Source: Tubiluchus corallicola (taxonomy: Eukaryota; Animalia; Priapulida). From it: a DNA stretch of 61,763 nucleotides. Under the pieces are notes generated by a model. That model saw only the letters and a program-made list of their open reading frames with translations. It searched no databases and was not told the DNA's origin. Of this stretch, positions 1 to 13,900 are shown piece after piece. Location: positions 1 to 61,763 of the forward strand of contig JAQGDQ010001115.1 in assembly GCA_030141605.1 (NCBI GenBank), read 5' to 3'. Every line of letters begins with the position of its first letter. The first letter of the stretch is position 1. The position numbers were made by a program, and so were the translations under genes.

Positions 1-245
1 AAGCCTAGCCTACGTAAGCAGGTGTAACACCCCGGGTGTATGTCTAGCAATGTAAACAACTGTGTTTGACAGGTAAGTAATGACAAGACATGTATGATAA
101 TGTAATTAATTTAACACTTGATTTTACGAATGTGTTAGGAGTGTGGTCATGCAATAATAGTAATTTATTGTCGATTTTCAGTTCATTGCAAAACATTACA
201 AAAACAATGCAATGCATTAAAATGGAAAACTACACAGAGAACCTC

Positions 246-444
<199 letters not shown>

Positions 445-1130
445 GAAGAACAAAAAAGTACTAAAAACTGAACTTGAAAAGTTCTTAAACAGCAATAATT
501 ACCTCAAACGTGAAACTTAAATTTCCCACTAGATGCACAATCGTTTCACACAAAAAGCAGGAGAAAATCTCTTGTTACTCAACTTCTTGACTTAGAGAAA
601 CTTCTGTTTAACCTTCTGCCGCCTGGAGGATAAACCAAAAACACGAAACGCGGCCGATTTAACGTTCACGTGATTTTGTAGGACGGAATTAATTAATTAA
701 ATTTAAAATTCAGCGTTTGTTTAATCGATGCCCGATTTACTCTAAACCACTTGCCAAGCATATTGTTTGCAAAGCAGTTGTTACAGTGTTGCCACAAGTA
801 ACGGTTTGCGCAAATAATTAAACGTACAGCCTTGTACAGTACAAGAAATTTGCAAATTAAGTACCAGCTATTAGAAGCGCCGAATCTTTAAAAAGAACCA
901 AGTAATAAAGACACAGGTAAAAACGTCACAGTAAAAAAGTCACAGAAAAAGTCACAGGAAAAACATCTCTACCCCTAACGCTTACAGCCTGTACAATACA
1001 AGAAACTTGCAGAATAAATACCAGTTTTTGAAAGCGGTGCATCTTTAAAGAGAACCATATAATAAAGTCACAGGTAAAAATGTAACAGGTGTAAACGTCA
1101 CGGTCAAAAAGTCACAGGAAAAAAGTTTCA

Positions 1131-1230
1131 TCCCTAACCCTAACACTAACCCTGTAGCTTTAACCCTAACCCGAACCCGAACCCAAACCCTAATCTTAAC
1201 CCTAACCCTAACCCACAATCTTAACCTAAT
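1131..1230. repeat. Degenerate (CCCTAA)n tract
   Basis: Direct reading. Confidence 0.8.
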
Positions 1231-1240
1231 AATAGGTGAC

Positions 1241-1741
<501 letters not shown>

Positions 1742-1860
1742 GTTTGGTCTTAGATCTCCTGGCAGGAATTTATAGAAAAAGCTAATCAAAACAATAAAAA
1801 AGATACGTAGCACTGTCTATAAAACACCGTAGTTCATGCTTTGGAAAGTTTTTATTCTAC

Positions 1861-1952
1861 CCCCTGAAACTGAGTAAAGTGAAATAGGTCTCCTCTGAAA
1901 CTGAGTAAAGTGAAATAGGTCCCCCCTGAAACTGAGTAAAGTGAAATAGGTC
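1861..1952. repeat. ~31-bp tandem repeat x3
   Basis: ctgaaactgagtaaagtgaaatagg repeated. Confidence 0.9.
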
Positions 1953-2479
1953 CTTCTACTCCATACCACGACATGGCGACTTTTGTCAATAAACAGACTG
2001 GAATTAGAGGAAAACAAACACAAGAAATTCTTCTGTTAATGCATCGCGTGACTTTCTGATGTAAAATCTTATTGAATTGCACAAACATGATCCAATTAGA
2101 AGCATGTGTCTTGCAACAGAATAGCTTAACAATATTTTGTAAGCGGAAACAGACTAGAGAATGTAGTACTCGCATTAATATTGTATCTGTTGAAACGAAC
2201 ACACAGACCATAGACGAAAATAGTATCTAATTCTAGATAATCGCACAAAAAGGTCTAATGTATAAAAAGTTGAAAGGAAAGATAGGGTCTATTGTTTGAT
2301 GAGAACGACTTGTATTAAAAAACATTAGACATTGGAAGCGTAATTTGTTCAGCTTTTCGTTTCGCACGCTCTCACCACCAATTACTTAAATGACGGCAGC
2401 CATGTCTGTTTTAAGAAGCGCGTTGAGTAAAAATAGGCGTTGTTGCTAGCCTGGAACATTGATCAGCAAATACGGTAAA

Positions 2480-3025
2480 ATATACATTTTAACACCAATA
2501 ATACTGTAAAATCATTTCTGATAGTTAAATGATAGATTATAAATTTAATTAACGACGGGCGAGCTATTGATGACATCACAAACAACCATAATTTTCAACA
2601 GCCAAAACCATTCCACGAGCGTGTTGCACATGTTTGTGAAGTACAGTGCTGCTGTAAGATATTCAGTGTGTTGAACTAAAATTAGGCAGGTTTAAAGATA
2701 AAAATTCAAATTTAACGCTGTGCTCACGCATGAGCTGTCGGACGTGTGCAGTACCTCACAAACGCAAATCCTCTGAACTGAGAAGTTTCAGCATCTGCTC
2801 TTTGTGCAACGAGTTTCCGAAATGCAGGCGCTAGTGCCCGTCTAACTAGCGAATGGCGAAATGCATGTAACAGCGAAGGACTAGTGGCGCGAACATGAAA
2901 TTGTGTTTGTGTGATAATAATTCTTTCACGTAAATAATTTTAAGAAAACAACATCTTTCCTTTCAATATTTAAAAGAATGGATTGTTTAGACCTACAGTT
3001 TAACATTGGCTTCGGTTTTGCTTTA
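2480..3025 (+). mobile_element. Family A copy (5'-eroded)
   Basis: Shared core gaaatgcaggcgctagtgcccgtctaactagcgaatggcgaa and end ggttttgcttt. Confidence 0.75.
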
Positions 3026-3385
3026 TTTAAAGGTCAAATTTAACATAAAAACAAGTTTCCTTTAATAAAAATAACTATAAGTAACTCAAAATTTGATAGT
3101 TTTTTTTATAAATTTCATGACTCTTTCTAATGAAATAGGGCCTCAAAGTTGCATTCTTCCCCAAAACATTTTTTCGGTTTTCTTCGTGAAACTTCGGAAA
3201 ATTGCAGGCAAAACAAACCTGCTAACAATTTCTTTCTTGCAAACAATGGCGTCGTTTCTGTAACGCGGAATTTGTAAACAATCATCATCACCTAATGAAT
3301 CACTCGTCCAGGGACATGATTCTGTTCACCTGCATAATGCCAAAACTCCTAACTCACTGAAATGAGCCAAGAATATTTATCTATT

Positions 3386-3745
3386 TAAAGGACAAGAAAA
3401 GGGGCGCCATCGCCTTAAAAAATTATACTGCTTTACAACAATTTTATGTACATATCGCATTCGCGTTGAAAGGAACTTTCGTTTGTTTTCATTTAAAATG
3501 TCTCGCAATATTGTTCCGAGGGCGCCATTACATGACGTCACTACGCTACGTAAATCGGGGGAAGAAAAGACAATGTTAAATTGTGACCCAAAAAACTTTC
3601 CGTGGAAATCTATATTACTTAGCATTTCACTTACCTTCTGGAAAGACTTATCTAACTAGACTAATAATTTAAAATGTTTGTGCGAATTGGTAAAATGTCG
3701 CTGACTCACCCTCCAGGGTGCGCCACTCACTGGCCAAAAACGTAC
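3386..3745 (-). mobile_element. Family B copy, reverse (right end)
   Basis: ttaaaggacaaga terminus; gtcgctgactcaccctccagggtgc is the reverse of 20957-20982. Confidence 0.65.
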
Positions 3746-3769
3746 TTTTAATCTTCTAAGGCACATCCA

Positions 3770-3948
3770 TACTTCTTGTTTAATATCACTGTAAGAAATG
3801 TTATACGCACAAATTAAAAAAAGCTAATTACACAATCCGTAAATGTAATATTGTAGAATTCATTCTAGTGTCTACGCAAAGTTATATAATGTTTGTACAG
3901 TAACTTTTGCCTGCAAACAGAGGCTAATAAAGACTTATCATCATCATT
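3770..3948 (+). mobile_element. Retroposon 3' end with AATAAA and an (ATC)n tail; reverse copy ~17815-17986
   Basis: Two dispersed copies share tacttcttgtttaatatcactgtaagaaatgttatacgcacaaatt. Confidence 0.6.
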
Positions 3949-4752
3949 AAACACCCGAATTCTCTATATAAACAAACAACAAGAAACAATTAGAAAATAT
4001 TAGTAAATCCTGCTTACAGCATTTTCTTTCTATTTTTGTATGAAACTGAAACTTTATAAAGTGTGAGCGCAGTATATGACCTTTAACCAGAGGTCAGTTC
4101 AGACTAGAGAACTTTCCCATGAGAGTTCTCTCTAGAGTTCCCTCTAGTAGCAAACTCGCAAGTGTGAATGGCTTTGAAGTTCTCTCGGCAAATCTCATAG
4201 CGAAGTTATTGCAAACTCTTCGACAGTTATATATATGTATATATTGCAAAAATTATACACTAGCACAGAGAAAACAAATTACGTCAAACATAAAATCAAT
4301 GTATAACGAGTCAGTGACAGACTGATGTGAGCAATTGTGTCAGTTAGTGTAAGTTAAATTTTATGAGAATAAAAACATTAAAATACCATATTACATATCT
4401 ACAAATTTGCCTACCTGATGACATGGTGGTGACGTATGAAATATTGTGAATTTTAATTCTTTTTGATAGTTTTTGCTACTTTTTTGCCATGTAAGTTTCC
4501 GTACGAGTCGTATACTTTTATAGTATAGACACTTATATTTTGATGAGTTTATGAGACTAAACCGTTACGCGTTTTTTTATATTCTCCAATTACTGATGAA
4601 TTCTACTTTATCGTCTTTATATAATGGTCTTTTGTGAGTTAGGAGTTTGTTTTTTAGTTCTGTTTTAAATGTTGTTAATCCGTCTTTTGATTTTATACTT
4701 AAGGGTGCTGAATTCCACAAGTTGATTTGCTGTTTTGCTTACTGAATTGTTT

Positions 4753-5168
4753 CCATATGTGTCTTTTGTAACCAATTGTAAATCGATATGTATCTTTTGT
4801 ATCCATTTGTAAGTCCATATGTGTCTTTTGTAACCAATTGTAAATCGATATGTCTTTTGTATCCAATTGTAAATCCATATGTGTCTTTTGTATCCAATTG
4901 TAAATCCATATGTCTTTTGTATCCAATTGTAAATCCATATGTGTCTTATGTATCCAATTGTAAGTCCATATGTGTTTTTTTATCCAATTGTAAATCCATA
5001 TGTGTTTTTTGTATCCAATTGTAAGTCCATATGTGTCTTTTGTATCCAATTGTAAGTCCATATGTGTTTTTGTATCCAATTGTAAATCCATATGTGTCTT
5101 TTGTATCCAATTGTAAGTCCATATGTGTTTTTTGTATCCACTTGTAAGTCCATATGTGTTTTTTGTAA
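4753..5168. repeat. ~31-bp minisatellite (~13 copies)
   Basis: tatccaattgtaa(a/g)tccatatgtgtcttttg; possibly inside an element bounded by cagactaga (4100) and tctagtctg (5266). Confidence 0.95.
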
Positions 5169-5462
5169 GTAAGTTGCTGAGAGTTTTCTCACAGGTTTCT
5201 CCCAGACATATCTATTCACTACGCAAACTGTCAGAGAGAAATCTCGAGAGAAAACGGTCTAGTCTGTACGCGTGGTAACAATCGAACGTAGCCTTTATAA
5301 TTTACAACATGGCGCCTATTGTTCTTCTAACTTGCGTGCGTGCCTAGAAATCTTTCTGTAACTTGAAATCTATGCGTTGTACTTGATCAATAGGAAGCAT
5401 CCTAGCCTTAGCGTCAAGATTACCACGCGTTAACTTAATAATAAACTTAAAAAATTGTGAAT

Positions 5463-5951
5463 TTAAAGGTAGGCAGGATGAATTTCCATGACATCACTAA
5501 ACAAAATGACTACCAACAACAAAAATATTCCATAAGCGTGCTGCACGTGTTTACAAAAGCAAAAATTGAAGTACTGCACTACTGTAAGAGATTCAGTGTG
5601 TTGTACTAAAACTCGGCAAGTTTTAAGACAAAAATTTCAAATTTACCGGTTTTCTCACGCATGAGCTGCTGAACGTGTGCAGTTTGTCGCAAACTAACAC
5701 ATCTGAACTGAGCGGTACAGCACCTGTTTTTGTGCAATGCGTTTCCGAAATGCAGGCGCTAGTACCCGTCTAACTGGCGAATGGCGAAATGCATGTAACA
5801 ACGAAGAACTAGTGGTGTGAATGCGAAATTGTGTTTGTGTAGTAATAATTCTTTCATATGAGTCATTTTTGAAAAGATAGTATGTTTCTTTCAATATTTT
5901 AAAGACTAGATTGCTTTGACTTACAATTTACGATTGGTTCTGGTTTTGCTT
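5463..5951 (+). mobile_element. Family A copy (internally deleted)
   Basis: ttaaaggtaggcaggatgaa start, same core, ggttttgctt end. Confidence 0.75.
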
Positions 5952-6471
5952 GAAAATTTCTTTTCTACACGTAAATTCCAACAAATAGGCGTATTTAGTT
6001 CATAAGGGTTAGTTCACATAACTACGTAAAAATTGCCATAAAAAAGATGGTTGTACAATTGTGATAATTGAGTTTTATTGTTATTTACAATTCTAATACT
6101 AAAATAGCTAAAAATCAGGAAAATATTACCAATAGATGTCTTCATTACGAGGGAAATTCGGTTTTTAGGACAACCAGAATGTCATTATAGTTACTAGAAG
6201 ATTATGAAGTTCATGTTAGTATTCAACATTACAAGTTTTGTATAGAGTTAATTTCCCCTATGGCAGAATAGCATGCCGTTAAACAATAAAAATGTATGAA
6301 GCGGCAATTTATATAAACGAGTCAGCTATTCACACTCAGTAATAAATTTTTACATACTGAACAGTGACAAGCCAGAAATTTTCACCCTACTGACGATAGG
6401 TGGCTCTGATTGTTTGTTTACTACTAACACGAGACTTTAAATCTACTCTGCTGGTTACTATCTGCTTTGTT

Positions 6472-7136
6472 CAGGCTGCATAAGATTATGGATATCCATA
6501 AAATAAGACCAAAAATCCATAAAATAAAATTTGAAAAATCCATAAAATAAGAAATGCATAAAATAAAAAAATATTTTTTTCTGTGTAATTTTTTGTACAA
6601 AGTAACGAGTTGTAAGCATTGGCAACACTGAAAACGAACGTTAGAAGGAGAGAAAGAGAAAGAAAACAAACCAACAAAAGGGTTTGCTATTTTACATTGT
6701 TTTTTTCTCATTGTCTTTTTGTTATCAAGATAATGTTGCGAAGTTTCAACCAAAGCAAGATCTGGAGTTCGGTCTGAAAATAACTGAGAGAGACCCAGCC
6801 ACCAGGATCGGAAACTTCAGCCTAGAGGGCATTCTATATTCGTACCAAATAGACGAATTATTTGAAATGAAGTGATGAATTACAAGGCACTGTCTCGTAA
6901 AATTTGATTAAATTTGAAGTGATACGAAACCGATAAAATTAAAACTAAGTCCTGCGTGTTTAAAAACACGTTTCAAGCACTCCTGTTTTTACTTTTTAAT
7001 TGATTTCCCCCTGGGCATCTCGTTCCAGATATAGTCTATGTCTTATTTTATTGATATCCATAAAATAAAATTTCAAAAATCCATAAAATAAGCTATTTTA
7101 TTTATTTTATACATATCCATAATCTTAGGCACCCTG
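6472..7136. mobile_element. hAT-like non-autonomous element
   Basis: 24-bp TIR CAGG(C/G)TGC(A/C)TAAGATTATGGATAT; subterminal atccataaaata repeats; no clean TSD. Confidence 0.7.
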
Positions 7137-7554
7137 GGCCTATGTTGTATGAAAAGTTTTTTGGTAACTCAAGCACGCGACAGGTTCTGGGTTCGAGTCC
7201 TTGTTGCTTAGCAAATTTCAGTACTGTCCTCGTTCAGGTATTTATCCGTTAGGTTAATTGTTAATTATATGTAAATGATTAAACCACATTATTAATCCTA
7301 TCATACCACCGTTCAATACGTAAGAATCTACTAATTTTATATCGTTCACATCAATTTCCCGACACAAAAGTGCAGCAGCCCACTCGTTTGGCTCAACGAA
7401 TTTTGTGGCCGCGTCTTTTTCCAGCACAGAAGTTGATTTTCTGCAAAATACTCCAAGCCTGTCACGTGATGATAATAATAATCTCAGCTTCCACAACAGT
7501 CACATATCATGCACCCAGTTTGATGCAGACCAACAATTGGTTCCTATAAATCCG

Positions 7555-7599
7555 TCAAACATCGTGAGATTCAATCATTAACGTTGCCACAGCATCTAC
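7555..7599 (-). CDS. CNG putative last coding exon ([14 protein letters not shown])
   Basis: Acceptor cttcttttatag at 7600, phase 0, TGA at 7557-7555. An alternative acceptor at 7544 would give EPIVGLHQTGCMICDCCGS*. Confidence 0.5.
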   Translation of the reverse strand, partial: VDAVATLMIESHDV

Positions 7600-7861
7600 C
7601 TATAAAAGAAGTTACTCGGTTTATTATACATGGTTGAGTACACTTTCGACTGTTAGCACTAAAAGTAATACATAGCTATAACAGTTCTTTGTAATGAAAA
7701 TATGATCACAGCTGTAATTTCGATAGTAATAGTAATTTGTATACTGCTAGGATCATAGGATGCAGTCAGACCTTAGGATCCGTTTTTGTGTTTTATGACA
7801 GTTTTTATCATTATTACTCAGTTGTTATATTATTCATTGTGTCACATCTGCTAACTTTCCA

Positions 7862-7893
<32 letters not shown>

Positions 7894-7959
7894 CGTGTGT
7901 GTGTGTGTGCGTGCGTGCGCATGTCCGTGTGCATGTGCATGAGTATGTATGTATGTGTA

Positions 7960-8000
<41 letters not shown>

Positions 8001-10616
8001 GTGTGTGTGTGTGTGTGTGCATGTGCATGAGTATGCATGTATGTGTATTTGTGTGTGTGTGTGTGTGTGAATGTGCGCACATGCGTACGTGCATATGTAT
8101 GTATTTTGTATGTGTGTGTGTGTGCGTGCGTGCGTGTGTGTGTGTGTAAGTATGTATGTATGTATGTCCGTGTGTATATCTATTCGCGTTTGCTTGTATT
8201 TGTATTGCATGGTTTAAATCTAATCTAAACTAAATAAACTATGTGTAAACCAAAGATAGTTACTAATAATAAAATTACAGGACAATATCAAAACAAAGCA
8301 CTAAATATGTATAATTTGTATAAACACTCAAGCACTCGTGCTGCCTGCAGGGAAACTCTTTAAATAAGGAAAGGTTTCCAGATTTTTTTAATGGAACTCG
8401 TCTAATATCTACTACGCCTTAAAGATTCAGCTAAATAAGCCAGAATTTGTCTTGCTTTTAGTTATAAACCAGAAAAAACTCTACTTCTGCAAAGCCGGAT
8501 GTACTTACTTTGCTTAGTGATTCAAGCCTCTTTTCTAAGTTAGCTATCAGTTTATCCTTCCGCTGAAGTTCACTTTCAAGCGAAGAGATCGTGACATCAA
8601 ATTTCTCTTTCACTTCAGCCTAAGAAACCATCCACATTGTTAAAGGTCAAGAAAACACGCTTCATAAATAAAACTGATAAAATTCGTCTTGAAATTTCAT
8701 ATCACTGACATACTGTCTATTGCATACAGGGATACGCGTTAGCAGTAATGTTGTATAAAACTATAAAATTTAAACTCCCGCGGTGACCGTTACATGCAGC
8801 CATTTTGACGGTAAGTCGTTTGAAAGAAGTTCAGATAACACTGCGCAAAGTTTGAAAAAAATTATCGGAGCATTCGTAGCGCCCTCTTCACAAACTAAGC
8901 AAAAGTTTAAATAAAGTTTAAATTACTTTATCTCATCAATATGATCAATAGCGTGCTTTTTGTAAACCAGTGACGGTAATGCAGTGACGTTTTAACAGTT
9001 AGCACGAACGTTTTAAATTATTAAGAAGTTTGTTTTTCAACTACATAAGTCTAAACATGTAAGCGTAATGCTAAGTAATATAGCTTTGCACGGAAAGTTT
9101 TTTGGGACGTTCTTTAAAATTTCCATTTCTTCCCTTTTAATGAAAATCTTTCCACTAAACAGTTGTGTTATATATCTATAGATAAATTGCAGCCATAAAA
9201 CAAAACGAATAAATTGATGTGTCGGCTTATTCCTATATTTTAAAAGCACTAAAATCTCGGCTCATTCGAGTGCCTTTAAATTGAAAAACTGGATTAATAA
9301 GGTTGCCCATCTTGCTAAGCCAATTTGCCACCTCAACGGCCACCTTGATTTTATCACTCACTTTAATATACTTTCTTTAATATCATTGTAAATAATGTTA
9401 TATGTACAGTTATAAAAAGCTGATTACAGAAAGTGTAACATGTTTCGTTGTTAGGACACACTTTCAATGTACAATGGTATAATTTTTGTACAAAAATAGG
9501 TTAATAATGGAGTATCATCATCGTTATCATTACCAATTTGTAATAAATCAATGTTTGTTTGTGTAATTATCATAAATTATAAACATACGAGCTTAGTTTG
9601 CATAGCTAACTTCGTGCAGTCAATGATTTCAGTGCAGTCAAGCCCAATTTCAGTTTTCTCGCCGGTAGATGGCTCTGAGGTCTCCTGGTGGTTGGCGCGT
9701 CGAGCCAGTGGAAGGAGATGCATTTCTAACGTGCCGGCAGAAATCGAAGACCCCACTATTGTAGAAGGCATGAGATTGTGTTGTGAGACTGCATGACCTG
9801 GTAGCAAAGAGTTACTCTTGTTCAGTATAGCACCTTTTGTAGTATCACTTTTCTCGACGGAGTTGTTGTCACTGTAAACAAACATGGAAGTCTATTGTGT
9901 CATTATTGCTTCTCAGTAGAATAATAAGTCTTTTCGCAGTTTTGTCATGTGGACGCCCTGTTGCTGCAGGTCAAAGGTTAAGTGTACCCGAGCAACAACG
10001 GTCACGTGACATGTGGGTAAAGCAGACATTTTCAGTAACTTCAATAGTTTTACGTGACTTTACTTATTAGTCTGTGTGGGATTTTGCTTGGGAACAAGAA
10101 AAAATGAACTAGCTAAGGTTCTATAGCTAGCATTCGTCCCCCTTTTAATTAGTATTACAATAACATGGGCTGCGAAGCGTTGCCACGGTACACAAATGCG
10201 TTGTCTTGTACAGTTTTCATGATCATCAGTTTTCATGACCTTTTCACGATAGTCATCAATCACTGGAACTATGAAAAGACTTATTGTTAGCATACATGTT
10301 ATGCAACATTTGTCTTCGTTCCACCGCACTTATGCAAGCTCTAGATACACATTTTATCTGATTATTTTGCAATTTTGCAAAACGTTTAAGACTCGATACA
10401 CAATTTGCCCAATTTTGTATACCAATTAACAAACTCTCTAAGCGCCATCTGTCGTTATTAGGAAGAGCTTAGTATGAATAAACTTTCCACTTTACAAATT
10501 AGTAACCAAAAAATCACACACAAATAACAATACATTACAAGCAAGAAACAATTGTCCACATATCTACTTATAATTATTTACATTTATATAATTGTCTATA
10601 ACTATTTATAATAATA

Positions 10617-10664
<48 letters not shown>

Positions 10665-10844
10665 GTGATGGTGATGGTGATGGTGATGGTAATGGTAATG
10701 GTAATGGTAATGATAATGATAAAGATAATGATAATGATAATGATAATGATAATGATATTGATAATGATATTGATATTGATAATGATAATGATAATGATAA
10801 TGATAATGATAATGATAATGATAATGATAATGATAATGATAATG

Positions 10845-10903
<59 letters not shown>

Positions 10904-13900
10904 TGGTATTATTATTAATGATGGAATAAACACATAATTTTTGAATTTTGAGATCAAACTTGCTCGAAAAATGTGAAAAAGTTAAAACACATTCTGGACT
11001 TGAACCAGTTATCTTTCGCTTACAAGGCAAACGTCATGGTCGCTAGGACTACTGCCCTCTGTCGTAAAATTGAACAAACCAAATAAAAGTGCACTAGGTG
11101 ATCTTCGAAAATTATATAAGACACGTACCGTTGCTGTATGAAAAAACTACAAAACTAAAAATAAACAAAACTGTGACGTTGTTTATCGTGATTGGCCGGC
11201 CCTCATCAACAAAAAAGTTTTGATTAAAGATATATCTAGCAAGATGTATTTAATAAATAACAGTCTTTACCCGGATTTGCTACTGCTATGCGCCAGTTTT
11301 CGCTTTATCTTCTTTCCGTCGGCCATTAAAATCTTCTTGACCACGTTTTGAAGACTAGCTTGTTTTGCTTTCTTGACGACAGGTGGCGACATGTGTACAA
11401 CATCCTTGACAATGTTTACAGTTGTTGTCACTGCGGACGGCTTCTTCCAATGCTTCTTGGCTTCGGCGAGGCGTCTCTGACCGTACTCAGTTATGATTGC
11501 CTAAACATTAAATGAGAGAGCAAGTTCTATCAAGTTCTATCATTATTTTTTGAGTTTCTGAAAAAATTTGTTTAGTTTTGAGAAAAACAGGAAAAACTGT
11601 TTTCACTTGCCAAGAAGCAGTTGTTTAATGGATTATCTTAACATATGCACCATAGAATGCGCTTTATTATTCTGTAAAAGAATTCTGTAGTTAGGAATGT
11701 ACAACAACTAAAGCACAAAGGTGCGTTCACATTCATCCGCCACAGAAACGTCAACTGCAGTACTTCATCGTTAATATAGGCTACAACATACAAGTCCATA
11801 TAATTATATCGTTTACACGAATTCCATAATTTAAGTGCCAAACGTTGCACAACTTAACAGTATTACACAGGGTGTTCTGCCGTTACCGAAACCGGATGAA
11901 TGTGAACGCGGCTTTATGTTTACCTCAGCTTCTGGATAGTCTTTCATTGCTGCCAGGACGTCTTCACGGGACAAAGAAAACAACTCGGAATATCCAACTG
12001 ATCTCACATCAGCAGATCGCCTGACAAACATTTCAGAAAAATGGTTATTTAGGTGTGTTATTTCAGCATGAATAACGTGTTTTGTTTAATGCTGTTTCAA
12101 GTTACAAGTTTATTTTAATAAAAGATTGATAACATAACGAGTATTTGAAAATTTTCCCTGGATGTTGAGCAAGCTACACGTTAATTTTGTATTTTTAAGC
12201 GCAAAATACACATTATTCAGTATTTGAGAAATTAGCTATGTTTTTTTGTTGATTTATTTGCGTTGCGTTGCGTTGCTGTGTGCGCATGCGTGTTTTAGGT
12301 TTTGTTAACTTACCTGTTTGATCGTAAGAGCTGTGAGCCTATTTGGTTTGAGCATTCATTCATACTTTTATTCGTTTATTCATTCATTCATTCATTCATT
12401 CATTCATTCATTCATTCATTCATTCATTCATTCATTCATTCATTCATTCATTCATTCATTCATTCATTCATTCATTCATTCATTCAATCATTTATTCACT
12501 CATTCATTCATTGTTTTATTCATTCATTCACTCACTCATTCATTCATTCACTCACTAATTCATTGTTTCATTCATTTGTTTGTTCGTTCGTTTAATCAGT
12601 CATTCATTCATTCACTCACATTCATTTATTTATTTATTTATTCATTCATTTGTTTGTTCGTTCGTTCGTTCGTTCATTCATTCATTCATTCATTCAGTTG
12701 TTCGTTTGATTGCTCTTTATATCAGTTGGTCCATTAGTCGGTCAGTCAGTCATTATCTTTTGGATTCATTTTTCTTTCACTCATGCTTTCATTCATTTAT
12801 TTGCTTATTCATAGAAACATTTGTCATTCATTCATTAATGCCACTCATCACTGAAGTAAATAAGGTGAAATAGAGTTAACAGACTTATAAGTAACAAAGT
12901 GTTCCTGCAGTTGACTACTTAATTCATAATCTATTCACATCTAAGGAAATCTGAGGTAATCACGTTTCTACCTGTTTGCTCCGTCGAGGTTTAGAATACC
13001 TATTTCTCCAAAAAAGTCCCCAGCTTTCATTTGCCGTAACACAGTCCCGTCTTCTCTGTAAAAAAATGTTGAAATCTTTGTGTTCCAGAATACCAGTGTA
13101 AACTATCAGATGAAAGCAAAAGAACAGAAAATAACAAAAAAAACTTAAGCCAACAACCAACCAGCAACAATGAATTACGTCGCGTGACAGTCTACATTTA
13201 TCGACAATTGGCGCAAGTGAAAGAATGATTCAAGATTAATTCAAGATTGATTCAAGATTGACTCAAGATTGTTTATTTCAGCAAATTTGTTTATTTAAAA
13301 AAACCTTGCGACGAGAGGGCTAAGAAAAATAAAGTCACAAAAAAGAAAGAAAAGAAAGAGAAAATTCTCTCCTTAGTATGTTAATTGTAACTCGTCGAAA
13401 GTCTTGCTCTAGTTGAAAAAACTCAATAGCAATCACAGGTGGCGCCTCCTAGAGCGAAAACAGAAAAGTTTGAAGATTAGTTCTTCAGTATCCTAAATTA
13501 CGTTGACATTACCATTGATAAAATCTCGCACGTTCTGATTGATACGAAATCAAATATAATGCCAGCAGGTCAATGGATTTGAAAGTGAGATTTAGCGCGC
13601 ATGATCGACATTATGATTATCCGAGTCAAGTGAGTATTAAGTTAAGAGATCCACTCAACTACTCGTCTGACTTGTTTAAGCAATGGATGGGTGACCACGG
13701 GGTTCAATACTAGTTTCAGAGGTTTCGTTTTGGGGGGGGCGTACTCGAACTGGCTTAGATAGCCCTGTTATTTCCGAGGATTCATTTTGATAAAGGCCCA
13801 GGTTTCGGTCCGGCCGCACCTATCTACATAGGGTAAGCCTAGCCAACGACAATGTCGGAAAGATTGTACATTATTCTACTTAAAGGTCCAGAAGTATTTC

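Noticed and set aside
6684-6875. 63-aa ORF inside the hAT-like element
   Set aside because: Too short and no catalytic motif; at most a transposase remnant.
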